Positions 50,457-60,487 are shown, counted from the first letter of the stretch. The stretch: DNA of 64,000 nucleotides from an uncultured Candidatus Binatia bacterium (GCA_965213675.1 OZ243916.1:2848001-2912000), one strand, 5' to 3'. The notes: generated from the letters alone by a model not told the origin. Program-made: numbers and translations.

Positions 50457-51257
50457 ATGTCGATACATCCTACCGCCGTGGTGGATCCACGGGCCGACAT
50501 CCATCCGGCAGCCGAGCTGGGGCCCTATGTCGTCATCGACGGTCCGGCAAGGATCGGCGCCGGCACGTGCCTCTTTCCCCACGCCGTGGTCCTGGGACAC
50601 ACCGAACTGGGCGAAGACAACCAGTTGCACAGCGGTTCCGTCCTGGGAGACGCGCCGCAGGACCTCTCCTACCGGGGCGCGGAGTCCTACCTGCGAATCG
50701 GCGACCGCAACGTGTTTCGCGAGGGCGTCCAGGTCCATCGCGGCACCGCGCCCGGCAGCGCCACGGTGATCGGCAACGACAACTTCCTGATGGCCAACAG
50801 CCACGTGGCCCACAATTGCCGGTTGGGCAACCGTGTCATCATGACCAACAACTCGGTGGTGGGCGGCTACGTGGAGATCGGCGACCGCGCGGTGCTCTCC
50901 GCAAGTTGCGCCGTGCATCAGTTCGTGCGCATCGGTCCGGTGGCCATCATGCGCGGATTGAGCGCCACGAGCCGCGACGTGCCGCCGTTTTCCATCATCG
51001 ATTGGCAGCACACGGTGCGCGGATTGAACGTGGTGGGTCTGCGCCGGGCCGGTTTCGAGGAGTCGCGCATACGGGCTCTGAAGAACGCCTTCCAGATTCT
51101 CTTCCGCAAACGGCGCAACCTGGGCGTGGCGGTCAAGGAACTGGAAGAAAACCTCGTCGATCCGTTCGGGGACGTCGGTTTCCTGCTCGAGTTCATCCGT
51201 TCGTCCAGGCGCGGCGTCTGCGCTGGCCCCAGATCCCATCCCTTGGGCAGGCCGTGA
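50457..51257 (+). CDS. lpxA: Acyl-ACP--UDP-N-acetylglucosamine O-acyltransferase
   Basis: IHPTAVV, hexapeptide repeats, PQDL, HRGT, HVAHNC, VHQF, GLNVVGLRR. Confidence 0.93.
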   Translation: MSIHPTAVVDPRADIHPAAELGPYVVIDGPARIGAGTCLFPHAVVLGHTELGEDNQLHSGSVLGDAPQDLSYRGAESYLRIGDRNVFREGVQVHRGTAPGSATVIGNDNFLMANSHVAHNCRLGNRVIMTNNSVVGGYVEIGDRAVLSASCAVHQFVRIGPVAIMRGLSATSRDVPPFSIIDWQHTVRGLNVVGLRRAGFEESRIRALKNAFQILFRKRRNLGVAVKELEENLVDPFGDVGFLLEFIRSSRRGVCAGPRSHPLGRP

Positions 51258-51373
51258 GCGTGGCGTCCTGCGATCCGCGACGCTCTGGAAGAACGGATTG
51301 AAAACGGTTTGAAAACCTCCACCGTTCGTTCGAAGCCTTCCGACAGGCTCGGGACGGACGCCGTCCAAGGGCC

Positions 51374-52102
51374 TCACACCGGCCGGTGGTGTTTCGCGAC
51401 GCAGCGCTCGACAGCCTCCTCCGACAGCGGAAACTGGAACATCTCGTTGCGCATGCGCACGCGCTGCAGGCTCACGCGCTCGATGGCCCGTTTCATGGCC
51501 TTGAGTTGCTGCTTGTTGCCGGCGGCGCCGGCCGCCTCGCGCGCCGCTTCGCGGTAGTGGTTTCTCTCGTCCTGGTAGACCACTTCCATGGCCGCGGCGA
51601 TCTTGCGCGCGAGCACGCTGCCCTTGAGCTTGCGCCCTTCCCGAAACAGGCGTGCTCCGCCGCCCTCGGTGACCAGAACCGCGGCCTTCTCCACTGCCGA
51701 GCCGGCCACGTAGTCCCGGCGCAGATCGCCCAGGGCTTTCTCTTCGGGCAACTGGATGGTGTCCTCGGCGGCGATCTTGCGGCCGAGGAGGTACTCCAGG
51801 ATGTCCGCCTGGAGCACGTAATGGTTGAACTCCTGGACCATCTGTTCCATGAGCCCGTGGTAGTGGTGCCGGTCCACCGTGCGGTCCACCTCGGGGAACA
51901 TCTCCACCAGGTTGGCCAACTCGCGGTGCAGGCCGCTGAAATAGCCGTCCACCGGGTGCAGTTCCTTCCATAGCTGAGCCTTCAGCCAGTATACGTGCTG
52001 GTCGCGGGTCGGGCTGCCACGGAAGAACCGCTTGGCAATCTCGGCCTCGGTCTCCCAGTATGGATAGGCCACGTCGATCAGGTATTTCTCGGTCGCGTTC
52101 AT
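51374..52102 (-). CDS. Ferritin-like (putative diiron) four-helix-bundle protein
   Basis: Paired E and ExxH motifs: WKE, QEFNHY, TEGG, DERNHY. Confidence 0.6.
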   Translation of the reverse strand: MNATEKYLIDVAYPYWETEAEIAKRFFRGSPTRDQHVYWLKAQLWKELHPVDGYFSGLHRELANLVEMFPEVDRTVDRHHYHGLMEQMVQEFNHYVLQADILEYLLGRKIAAEDTIQLPEEKALGDLRRDYVAGSAVEKAAVLVTEGGGARLFREGRKLKGSVLARKIAAAMEVVYQDERNHYREAAREAAGAAGNKQQLKAMKRAIERVSLQRVRMRNEMFQFPLSEEAVERCVAKHHRPV

Positions 52103-52300
52103 GGCACGGGCGCCTCCCCAGCGCCGGTTCCGGCGAATCGTGTCCGGCAACTTCTGTCGCGTCCGGCATTTTCGCGCGACGCGCCTGACAGCGGCGAACT
52201 CCGAAGTCGAAGGCCGCCTGTCTTTCGCGGCACAGGTCGCCGCCGGGTATCCTGCACCGCTTTCGCTTTACCGTCCCATGGCATACTATGGACTCTCGCC

Positions 52301-53035
52301 ATGTCCAAGACCGCGGGCATCATCATCATCGGCAACGAGGTCCTTTCGGGCAAGACCCAGGACATCAACTCCACGTTCCTGTGCCGGGAACTCCGGCAAC
52401 TCGGTGTCGAGGTCCAGCGCGTGACGGTGATACCGGACGACCTGGAACTCATCGGGCGCACCGCCTCGCGCTTTGCCGCCCAATGGGACCTGGTGTTCAC
52501 CACCGGCGGGGTGGGCCCGACCCACGATGACGTGACCATCGAGGGAATCGCTCACGGTTTCGGGGTCAAGGCGGTGATCGAGCCGGGCCTCGAGGGGAGG
52601 CTGCGGGCGCGCTACGGCGCGGACCTGAATCCGGCGCGGCTGCGCATGGCCATGGTACCGGAGGGGGCGGAGCTACTCGCCGCCGGGGCCATGTTCGCCC
52701 CGGTGATCCGTATGAGGAACGTCTACGTATTCGCCGGGGTGCCGCGTATCCTGCAGGATCGCTTCCACGCCATCAAGGAACGCTTCCGCGAAGAGCCCTT
52801 CCACTTGCGCAACATCTACATCAAGGACGGGGAAGGGGTCATCGCGGCGACACTGAACGAGCTGCTCGAACGTTTCCCCGACATCCTGCTGGGCTCCTAC
52901 CCGGTTCTGGACAACCCGGAATACAAGGTAAAGGTGACGGTAGAGTCCAAGAGCGCCCCTTACCTAGACCAGGCTGTGGCCGATCTGCTGGAGCAACTGC
53001 CAGCGGCGGCGATTCTGCGCGTCGAGGAAGGCTAG
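52301..53035 (+). CDS. CinA N-terminal-like molybdopterin-binding domain protein
   Basis: IIIGNEVLSGKTQDIN, TGGVGPTHDDVT, FAGVP, GSYP. Confidence 0.88.
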   Translation: MSKTAGIIIIGNEVLSGKTQDINSTFLCRELRQLGVEVQRVTVIPDDLELIGRTASRFAAQWDLVFTTGGVGPTHDDVTIEGIAHGFGVKAVIEPGLEGRLRARYGADLNPARLRMAMVPEGAELLAAGAMFAPVIRMRNVYVFAGVPRILQDRFHAIKERFREEPFHLRNIYIKDGEGVIAATLNELLERFPDILLGSYPVLDNPEYKVKVTVESKSAPYLDQAVADLLEQLPAAAILRVEEG

Positions 53036-53107
53036 TTAGGGTAGCCACGGCCGCGTATCCGCTTTCCAGGTTGTGTCAACACTGATGGGGGCAACTACGT
53101 AACAGAA

Positions 53108-53325
53108 CGTCATTCAAGCGAAACAGGCTGTGTCAAACCCGTGAGGCAAAACCCTACGGAACGTCATTCCCGCGGACGCGGGAATCCAGGGGCGGTGGTG
53201 GGGCACTACGGCGGCGTTTCCCCGCCTCGCCACCCCTGGATTCCCGCGTCCGCGGGAATGACGATTCAGGGTGTTGGTGCCTCTCTGAGTTGGCGTGTGA
53301 CACGGCCTGTTTCGCGGGAATGACG
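53108..53325. repeat. Nested CGTC-type REP composite element, preceded by an extra left-end fragment from 53067
   Basis: Same architecture and nearly the same inner spacer as 5718-5964. Confidence 0.9.
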
Positions 53326-53330
53326 ATCCG

Positions 53331-53774
53331 TTACGGGCTGGCGAAGCGCTCGCCGGTCTGGGTGCCGATCCAGACCTCGCCACCCTGGTAGATTTCCTTC
53401 TTCCAGATGGGCACGCGCCTTTTCAATTCGTCGATGGCGTAGCGGCACGCCTTGAAAGCGTCGTCCCGGTGCGGCGCGGAGACGGCGATCATCACGCTGG
53501 CCTCACCGATGGGCACGTTGCCCAAGCGATGCACGATGGCCATGCGGGTGATGTCCCACTTTCCGGCGGCTTCTTCTCCGAGTCGGGTCAATTCCCGCTC
53601 CGCCATGCCGGGGTAGGCCTCGTAGTCCAGGGAGATGATGGAGCGGCCCTCGTTGTGGTTGCGGGTAGCGCCGATGAAGGTCGAGATGGCGCCGGCGCCC
53701 GGGTCGCTCACGTGGGCCAGCAATTCGTTCAAGTCGATGGGTTCGTCGGTCAGCCGGTACACCTTACCCTCCAC
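53331..53774 (-). CDS. moaE: Molybdopterin synthase catalytic subunit
   Basis: GAISTFIG.TR, LDYEAY..MA, HRLG, HR..AF, PIWKKE. Confidence 0.95.
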   Translation of the reverse strand: MEGKVYRLTDEPIDLNELLAHVSDPGAGAISTFIGATRNHNEGRSIISLDYEAYPGMAERELTRLGEEAAGKWDITRMAIVHRLGNVPIGEASVMIAVSAPHRDDAFKACRYAIDELKRRVPIWKKEIYQGGEVWIGTQTGERFASP

Positions 53775-54009
53775 TTACCGGCGGGATGAAGGCCACCTCG
53801 TCGCCGTCGGCGAGCGGGTGGCCGCGCTGGACGTATTCGCTGTTCACGGCATAGAGGAGCTTGAGGTCGACGCCGGCAAGCCCCGGGTATTCGTGGCGCA
53901 GCCGGGTCCAGAGTTCCTCCACCGTACAGTCCTCGGGCACTTCGTGAACCGCGTCGCCGGCGCCCGCCCGTTCCCGCAGCATGGCGAACAGCCTGACACG
54001 CACGTTCAT
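53764..54009 (-). CDS. moaD: Molybdopterin synthase sulfur carrier
   Basis: LFAMLRE...AVNSEY...DEVAFIPPVSGG. Confidence 0.95.
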   Translation of the reverse strand: MNVRVRLFAMLRERAGAGDAVHEVPEDCTVEELWTRLRHEYPGLAGVDLKLLYAVNSEYVQRGHPLADGDEVAFIPPVSGG

Positions 54010-54512
54010 AGCCCGCGCGCCTGCGCCACCATGTGGCCCAACTGCGGCAACAGCAGGCTCTTCATGGCGGTTTCCACGGCTCCGCGAGAACCCGGCAGGG
54101 AAACCACGATCCGGGGACCCACGGCGCCCGCCAGCGCGCGGCTCAACATGGCCGCGGCGCCGATCTCCTGGTAGCTCAGGGACCGGAACAACTCACCGAA
54201 CCCGTCGATGCGCTTTTCGATCAAGCCGCTCACCACCTCGTAGGTGCCGTCGCGAGGCGCGATGCCGGTGCCGCCGTTGAGCAGCACCACGTCCACGCCG
54301 TCTGCCGCCAACGCCCGTTTCAGGAGCGCGCGAATGTCATTGGGCTCGTCCTTGACGATTTCGTAGCCCGCCACCGCGTGCCCGTTGTCCTCCAGCATCC
54401 CCTTGATGGCGGCGCCGCTCCGGTCCGTCGAGGCATCACGCGTGTCACTCACGGTGATGACGAAGCAGGCCACGGTCTTGAGACTTCGATCAAAATGGGA
54501 CGGATCTGCCAT
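54006..54512 (-). CDS. moaB: Molybdenum cofactor biosynthesis protein MoaB/Mog
   Basis: ITVSD, DRSG, GGTG..PRDGT, GFGELFR, LSRA, LPGS. Confidence 0.9.
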   Translation of the reverse strand: MADPSHFDRSLKTVACFVITVSDTRDASTDRSGAAIKGMLEDNGHAVAGYEIVKDEPNDIRALLKRALAADGVDVVLLNGGTGIAPRDGTYEVVSGLIEKRIDGFGELFRSLSYQEIGAAAMLSRALAGAVGPRIVVSLPGSRGAVETAMKSLLLPQLGHMVAQARGL

Positions 54513-54578
54513 ACATTGCATCCAGAAAAATCGTATCCAGAAAATTTCTCGAACCCGCCGGACTTCACATTCATCCCA

Positions 54579-55685
54579 TCAAATCCGCATGGGCATGACC
54601 ACGTACAGAAGGCTGTCGTCGCCGCTGCGGCGCATGACCGTAGGGCTCTCGTCGTCCATCAGGGCCATCTCGACGTGATCGCCCTGCTCCATCACGTTCA
54701 GGATGTCCAGCAGGTACTGGGCATTGTAGCCGATGATGATGTGGTCGCCGTCGTACTCCGCGTCCACCTCCTCGGCCGCTTCCCCGAGATCCGGGTTGTT
54801 GGCGGAAATCCCGATGGCGCCGCCGCCCAACTCCACGCGGACGCCGCGGAAACGGTCGCTGGAGAGCAGCGACACCCGGCGCAACGCGCGAAAGAGCGTG
54901 GCTTGAACCACATCCGCCTGATTCTTGTTGTCGGCCGGGATAACCTTGTCGTAGTCGGGAAACTCGCCGTCGATAAGCCGGATCGACATCTCCACGTCCC
55001 CCTTCCACGCGAACACCATGTTCCCGGCAAAACCCAGGCTTACGGTGTCTTCGCCGGGATCTTCCAGCAGCCGCCGCAACTCCGCCAGCCCCTTGCGCGG
55101 GATGATCACGCCCTTCTCCAGGCTCAGCGGGCCGATTTCCCGCTGCACCAGGGACAGGCGATGACCGTCCGTGGTGACCATGCGCACCCGGTTGTCTTCC
55201 ATCTCGTGCAGCAGCGCGCCGTTCAGGTTGGATCGGGTCTCGTCCGTCGATATGGAGAAGATGGTCTTGTCGATCATCTCCTTCAACGCCAGCGCGGGGC
55301 ATTGCTTGCGCTCCGCCTCCTCGCTCGACACGAACGCGGGGAACTCGTGCGCGTCGAGACCTACCATCTTGAAGACCGACTTGCCGCTCTGTATCTCCAC
55401 CCGGTCGTTGTCGAGCCGCTTCAGGTCGATGAACTCCTCGGCCAGCTCGCGCACGATCTCGTAGAGCTTTCTGGCATCCACTGTGACGCTGCCCGCGGCG
55501 ATGATTTCGCCGTCGAGGCTGGCGCGCACCCCTACCTCGAGATCGGTGCCGGTGAGACGTATCCGATCACCGTGGGTCTCCACCAGTACGTTGGCCAGTA
55601 TCGGCATGGTGTTGCGTCGTTCCACCGTGCTCTGACTCCAATACAACGCATCCAGAAACACCTCACGTTTGGCTCGGATCTGCAT
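54579..55685 (-). CDS. dnaN: DNA polymerase III beta clamp
   Basis: PILANVL, TDLE, TDGHRL, IIPRK, RLIDGEFPDY, VVMPMRI. Confidence 0.98.
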   Translation of the reverse strand: MQIRAKREVFLDALYWSQSTVERRNTMPILANVLVETHGDRIRLTGTDLEVGVRASLDGEIIAAGSVTVDARKLYEIVRELAEEFIDLKRLDNDRVEIQSGKSVFKMVGLDAHEFPAFVSSEEAERKQCPALALKEMIDKTIFSISTDETRSNLNGALLHEMEDNRVRMVTTDGHRLSLVQREIGPLSLEKGVIIPRKGLAELRRLLEDPGEDTVSLGFAGNMVFAWKGDVEMSIRLIDGEFPDYDKVIPADNKNQADVVQATLFRALRRVSLLSSDRFRGVRVELGGGAIGISANNPDLGEAAEEVDAEYDGDHIIIGYNAQYLLDILNVMEQGDHVEMALMDDESPTVMRRSGDDSLLYVVMPMRI

Positions 55686-55704
55686 TTATCCTCCAGTATC
55701 GCCG

Positions 55705-55916
55705 GCCCTCTTGTTTCTTCTCTATTCTTTAGAATCCCAGAAGTAGTAGAAGGGCCTGTGGATATCGGGATAGGCGTGGGAACCTGTCGTCATTAAAGCA
55801 CTTTTGCGGTGGAAAAAAAAATGCGGCCATGCCCATTGTCAAGATGGGCTGGCCGCGAGAGCGCTGAACTTCCCTGGTTTTTCACAGGCTCTGTCAGGTT
55901 GTCCACAGCATGTCCA
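55705..55916. other. Probable oriC unwinding region (DnaA-trios, GGCC, DnaA boxes)
   Basis: CAG-AAG-TAG-TAG-AAG-GGCC-TGTGGATAT at 55738-55765; T-rich flank; further box-like sites TTTTTCACA and TTGTCCACA. Confidence 0.8.
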
Positions 55917-57236
55917 CTAACCATCAAGCTGGCGCTCCAGGCGTTCCACCGTGGCCTTGATCTCGGGGTCGGTGGTGGTCTTCCTCGCGATGGTCTTGGA
56001 GGCATGGATGACCGTGGAGTGGTCGCGTCCGCCGAACTCGGCTCCGATGGCGGGATAGGACGTGGCCGTGTACTTGCGGCACAGGTACATGGCCACCTGG
56101 CGCGCGACGGCGACCTTCTTGGTGCGCTGCTTGGACTTGAGGTCGCTGATCTTGACGTCGAAGTGGTCGCAGATGGCTTTCTGGATGTTGCGTACGGTGA
56201 CTTTCTTCTCGTTCTCCTTCAGCGTGTGCTTCAATGCCTCCTTGGCGAGATCAATGGTGATGTCGACCCGGGTGAGCGAGGCAAAGGCGCCGAGGCGCGT
56301 GAGGGAGCCTTCCAGTTCCCGGACGTTGGAGCGGATGTGGGTGGCGAGAAAGTCCGCGACCTCGCGCGGCAGATCAATCTCTTCCTCTTCGGCTTTCTTG
56401 ATGAGAATGGCGATGCGAGTCTCGGTGTCCGGCGGCTGGATGTCGGCGGTCAGCCCCCACTCGAACCGGTTTCGCAGCCGGTCTTCCAGATCCGGGATCT
56501 GCTTGGGAAAACGATCCGACGTGAGGATGATCTGCTTGTGGTTCTCGTAGAGCGAATTGAACGTGTGGAAGAACTCTTCCTGGGTGCGCTCCTTGCCGGC
56601 GAGGAACTGGATGTCATCGAGGATGAGCACGTCGATGCTGCGGAAGTGGCTCTTGAACTCGTTCATGCGGTCGCGACGAAGGGAAGCGATCAGGCGGTTC
56701 ATGAACGACTCGGAGGTCGTGTAGACCACCTTTTGACCGGGGAGATGCTCCCGCAAGCGGTTTCCCAAGGCATTGACCAGGTGGGTCTTGCCCAGGCCCA
56801 CGCCGCCGTAGATGAACAGCGGGTTGTAGTGTTCCGCAGGTCGGCTGGCCACCGCCAGGCACGCGGCATGAGCGAACTGGTTGCTGGTGCCGACAACGAA
56901 GTTGTCGAAGGTATAGCGCGGAATCAGCGTCGACGAATCCGCTGGCGCTGGCGCTGGCGTGGGCTTGGGTGGAGGAGGCGCGTGATGGGCGGCCCGCGAC
57001 GGATTGACCGACAGGCCCACGGCGACGTTCTCGCCGTAGTAACGGCTGAACTCCTCCTTGATGGCGTCGACGTAGTTCTCGTTCAGCCAATCGCGAAACA
57101 AGGTGCTGGGGACTTCGATGGTGACCTCGCCGCTGGCGCTCATGTCGAGCGTCAAGGGTTTGATCCATGTATCGAAATCGTGTAAGCCGAGCCTTTCCTT
57201 CAACCGGTTCCGGATGTCACGGGGAAGCTTTTTCAT
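55917..57236 (-). CDS. dnaA: Chromosomal replication initiator DnaA
   Basis: YTFDNFV, YNPLFIYGGVGLGKTHL, DDIQF, RELEG, GGRDHSTV. Confidence 0.98.
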   Translation of the reverse strand: MKKLPRDIRNRLKERLGLHDFDTWIKPLTLDMSASGEVTIEVPSTLFRDWLNENYVDAIKEEFSRYYGENVAVGLSVNPSRAAHHAPPPPKPTPAPAPADSSTLIPRYTFDNFVVGTSNQFAHAACLAVASRPAEHYNPLFIYGGVGLGKTHLVNALGNRLREHLPGQKVVYTTSESFMNRLIASLRRDRMNEFKSHFRSIDVLILDDIQFLAGKERTQEEFFHTFNSLYENHKQIILTSDRFPKQIPDLEDRLRNRFEWGLTADIQPPDTETRIAILIKKAEEEEIDLPREVADFLATHIRSNVRELEGSLTRLGAFASLTRVDITIDLAKEALKHTLKENEKKVTVRNIQKAICDHFDVKISDLKSKQRTKKVAVARQVAMYLCRKYTATSYPAIGAEFGGRDHSTVIHASKTIARKTTTDPEIKATVERLERQLDG

Positions 57237-57273
57237 TGTATTGATGCAGAGTTAGAGTGCTTTCGTGACGTGG

Positions 57274-57304
57274 TTGTCAACAAAATTATCCACAATGTGG
57301 ACAA
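57274..57304. promoter_or_regulatory. DnaA boxes upstream of dnaA
   Basis: Perfect TTATCCACA at 57286-57294, inverted TGTGGACAA at 57296-57304, degenerate TTGTCAACA at 57274. Confidence 0.85.
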
Positions 57305-57591
57305 CTCACTGTCCTGGTCCCGGATTCAGGCCATAGTGAAACCCGGAACCCCGCCGAGGTCCTTGTGGAGGCGGTGAGTGTTCAGCCCATTGAGTCTTGC
57401 CATGTATCCGAAGAAACCGTCCTCTTAATGGTTTCGGCGGCGGTTTGCAATGCCAAAAATGAGGTTGTCTTTTTCTGCAACAAAATCGGGGGAGTGCCCG
57501 TCCCCGGTGTTCGGGTGGAGTCGGGGGACGGCCAAGGCCGGGGTTCGCGGGCATCCGCAGGGGAGCCCGGAGCGAGCCCACGAGGTGTCCC

Positions 57592-58893
57592 GTGGATAAT
57601 CGCCCCAGGCCCACCACGGCGGATTGGGTCCAACGTTCGCGGCAGGTGGTTCCCGGCGGTGTCAACAGTCCGGTGCGGGCATGGAACGCCGTGGGCGGCG
57701 ACCCCCTGTATATCGCCCGTGCCCGGGGATCGCGCATCATTGATCAGGAAGGGCGGGAGTACATCGACTACGTGTGCGCCTGGGGACCGCTCATATTGGG
57801 GCATGCCCCTGCCGGAGTGGTGCAGGCCCTGGTCGAGGCGGTGCCGGATGGGACCGGATTCGGCGCTCCCACCGCAAGGGAGGTCGAGTTGGCGGAACTC
57901 GTCAGCGCGCGCACCGGCATCGAACAGTTGCGTCTGGTGAATTCGGGGACGGAGGCCACCATGAGCGCCATCCGCCTCGCGCGCGGTTACACCGGGCGCC
58001 CCAAGGTGCTGAAGTTCGACGGTTGCTACCACGGCCACGTCGATGCCCTTCTGGCCAAGGCCGGTTCGGGCATGGAGAGCTTCTCGCTGCCCGACAGCGC
58101 GGGGGTGCCGGAGAGCTTCACGTCCCACACCTTGCTGGCGCGTTTCAACGATGCGGACTCCGTGCGCAGTGTGGTGGAGGGGCATCGCGGGGAGGTGGCC
58201 GCGGTGATCGTCGAACCGATATGCGGGAACATGGGGGTGATCCCGCCGGCGCCGGGTTTTCTTGAGGCATTGCGGGAGCTTACGGCCCATCACGGGATTG
58301 TGCTGATCTTCGACGAGGTCATCACGGGCTTCAGGGTGGCGCGCGGCGGCGCCCGGGAACGCTATGCGGTGATGCCGGACCTCACCTGCCTGGGCAAGGT
58401 GCTGGGCGGGGGGTTGCCGGTGGGGGCGTTCGGCGGACCGCGGGACATCATGGCGCGGCTGGCCCCGCAAGGCCCGGTGTACCAGGCGGGCACCCTGTCC
58501 GGGAACCCGGTCACGGTGACGGCGGGCCTGGCCACGCTCAAGGCTCTGGAGAAGCCGGACACGTACCGGGAGCTGGAAGAGAAGGGCCGGATGCTGGAGG
58601 CCGGGCTCCGGCAGGTGCTGGCCCGCGGCGTACCGGGGACGGTCAACCGCGTGGGCTCCATGCTGACCCTGTTCCTGGGACCCGGGCGTGTGACGTCGCC
58701 GGATGACGCCCGCACATGCGACCGCGAACGCTTCGCGCGCTTCTTTCACGGCATGCTGGCGCGCGGCGTCTACCTGCCGCCCTCCCAGTTCGAGACGTGG
58801 TTCGTGTCCCTGGCCCACAGCGAGGAGGACATCGCCGCCACCGTGGCGGCCTTCGCCGACTGGGCCGAGGAGGACGGAGCAGCCCGGGGTTGA
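57592..58893 (+). CDS. hemL: Glutamate-1-semialdehyde 2,1-aminomutase
   Basis: PGGVNSPVRA, NSGTEATMSAIRLAR, GCYHGH, FDEVITGFR, GKVLGGG, YQAGTLSGNP, PSQFE. Confidence 0.97.
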   Translation: MDNRPRPTTADWVQRSRQVVPGGVNSPVRAWNAVGGDPLYIARARGSRIIDQEGREYIDYVCAWGPLILGHAPAGVVQALVEAVPDGTGFGAPTAREVELAELVSARTGIEQLRLVNSGTEATMSAIRLARGYTGRPKVLKFDGCYHGHVDALLAKAGSGMESFSLPDSAGVPESFTSHTLLARFNDADSVRSVVEGHRGEVAAVIVEPICGNMGVIPPAPGFLEALRELTAHHGIVLIFDEVITGFRVARGGARERYAVMPDLTCLGKVLGGGLPVGAFGGPRDIMARLAPQGPVYQAGTLSGNPVTVTAGLATLKALEKPDTYRELEEKGRMLEAGLRQVLARGVPGTVNRVGSMLTLFLGPGRVTSPDDARTCDRERFARFFHGMLARGVYLPPSQFETWFVSLAHSEEDIAATVAAFADWAEEDGAARG

Positions 58894-58968
58894 GCCACCG
58901 GCGTAGCCATCGGTCCCTTCACCGCGGCGTTGACCGGTGCGCACGCGCATGTTAGAAAACCGATTGCA

Positions 58969-59235
58969 GTGAGTGATGCACAGGAGGGCCGGGACGGGCC
59001 ACCCGCCAAGAACGCTGTTGCCAAGAGCCCGGTTCTCTTCCGGGCCGCCAAATACACCGCCATCGGATTCGAGTTTCCCACCACGGTAGGAGCCGGCTTG
59101 GTGCTTGGACACTATGCGGACGCCTACTTCGGAAGCTCGCCCTGGATGGTGCTGGTGATGGGGCTCCTGGGGCTCGTGGTGGCGTTTTACCGGCTCGTGT
59201 TGCTCTTGCGGCATTTCGCCAGGGAGCGCGGATGA
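58969..59235 (+). CDS. AtpZ/AtpI-family F0-associated membrane protein (start uncertain)
   Basis: GFEF...G..LG...D..FGSSPW two-TM pattern upstream of atpB. Confidence 0.8.
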   Translation: MSDAQEGRDGPPAKNAVAKSPVLFRAAKYTAIGFEFPTTVGAGLVLGHYADAYFGSSPWMVLVMGLLGLVVAFYRLVLLLRHFARERG

Positions 59236-59606
59236 GTTGGGAAGCGACCGGGCTCCCGGTCTGGCGCGTGGAGTTGTGGCACGGCCTGCTGGTGGCCGCT
59301 TTCCTGGCGCTCGTGCCGCTGAATTGGTTGGAGCCCGGCGGGCTCCTGCTGGGCGGGCTCTTCATGGGGCTGAACTTCCTGCTCCTTGCGGTGGGTATAC
59401 GGTGGGTGATTACCCCGTTCGCCAGCAAGGGGCGGGTTCGGGCGGGGATTTTCCTGCTGGTCTTCAAGTTCTGCCTCCTGCTGGGCGCCTCCTGGTTGTT
59501 GCTGACCCGCATTTCCCCGGACGCGGTGTCGTTCGCGGTGGGGGTCAACTGCCTGATCCTTGCCATCCTGTGGGATCGGCTCTACGATACGGCGATCAGC
59601 AGGTAG
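59232..59606 (+). CDS. atpI: ATP synthase subunit I-like membrane protein
   Basis: Four TMs with G....LNF motif; operon position. Confidence 0.75.
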   Translation: MSWEATGLPVWRVELWHGLLVAAFLALVPLNWLEPGGLLLGGLFMGLNFLLLAVGIRWVITPFASKGRVRAGIFLLVFKFCLLLGASWLLLTRISPDAVSFAVGVNCLILAILWDRLYDTAISR

Positions 59607-59778
59607 TGTCGTGTCCCGTAGATTCCTGCGACAAGTAGCGCAGGAATAATTTGTTGTCGGCACGGCGCGATGACGAGCAGTGGCGGGCACCACACGAGGA
59701 AGAGCCACGCAGCCGACGGCGAAACAGACCCGCACATTATCGCAGTAATTTGCAGTAATCTACGGGACACGGCACCAG
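59604..59778. mobile_element. MITE with about 21-bp terminal inverted repeats inside the atp operon
   Basis: TAGTGTCGTGTCCCGTAGATT ... AATCTACGGGACACGGCACCA; left end coincides with the atpI TAG stop; no ORF. Confidence 0.8.
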
Positions 59779-59785
59779 GTCATCG

Positions 59786-60487
59786 ATGGGACATCATCCA
59801 TTCACATGGTACGATTTGGTACCCGGCTTCCTGCAGGGGCTGGTGCCCTTGCAGATCTTCTTCTCGCTGGTGAGCATGGCGCTGCTGGTGTGTCTGTCGC
59901 TGGCCGCGCGGCGCCGGCTGCTGGACGCGCGCGACGCGGTCATTCCCAGCGACCGGATCACCCTGGTCAACATTTTCGAGCTTCTGATCGAGTTCGTCAC
60001 GAGCCTGAGTGACAGCATCATCGGGCACCATGGCCGGCGCTACCTCTCGCTCTACGGGACGTTCTTCATCTTCATTCTGCTATCCAACTTCATCGGGCTC
60101 GTGCCGGGATTCTCCCCGCCCACGAGCAACCTCAACATCACCCTTGGCTTGGGGCTGGTTTCGTTCGGCGCCTACCACTACTTCGGCGTGCGCGAGCACG
60201 GCGGCGCCTATCTCAAGCAGTTCATGGGTCCGTTCCTGATCATCGCGCCGCTGTTCTTCCTGATCGAGATGTTCTCGCACATGTTCCGTCCGCTCACCCT
60301 GGGCCTGCGGCTCGCCTTCAACATGTTCGCCGACCACTTGGTGGTGGAGATCTTCACCGGCCTGACCTACGTGGTGATCCCGGTGCTGTTCTATCTCTTG
60401 GGGGCCTTGGTATCGGTCATTCAGGCCTTCGTTTTCACACTCTTGAGCATGATCTATGCGTCTCTGGCCTTGAGCCACGATCATTGA
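59786..60487 (+). CDS. atpB: F0F1 ATP synthase subunit a
   Basis: NFIGLVPG..PPTSNLN, RPLTLGLRLAFNMFADH, IQAFVFTLL..IY. Confidence 0.96.
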   Translation: MGHHPFTWYDLVPGFLQGLVPLQIFFSLVSMALLVCLSLAARRRLLDARDAVIPSDRITLVNIFELLIEFVTSLSDSIIGHHGRRYLSLYGTFFIFILLSNFIGLVPGFSPPTSNLNITLGLGLVSFGAYHYFGVREHGGAYLKQFMGPFLIIAPLFFLIEMFSHMFRPLTLGLRLAFNMFADHLVVEIFTGLTYVVIPVLFYLLGALVSVIQAFVFTLLSMIYASLALSHDH

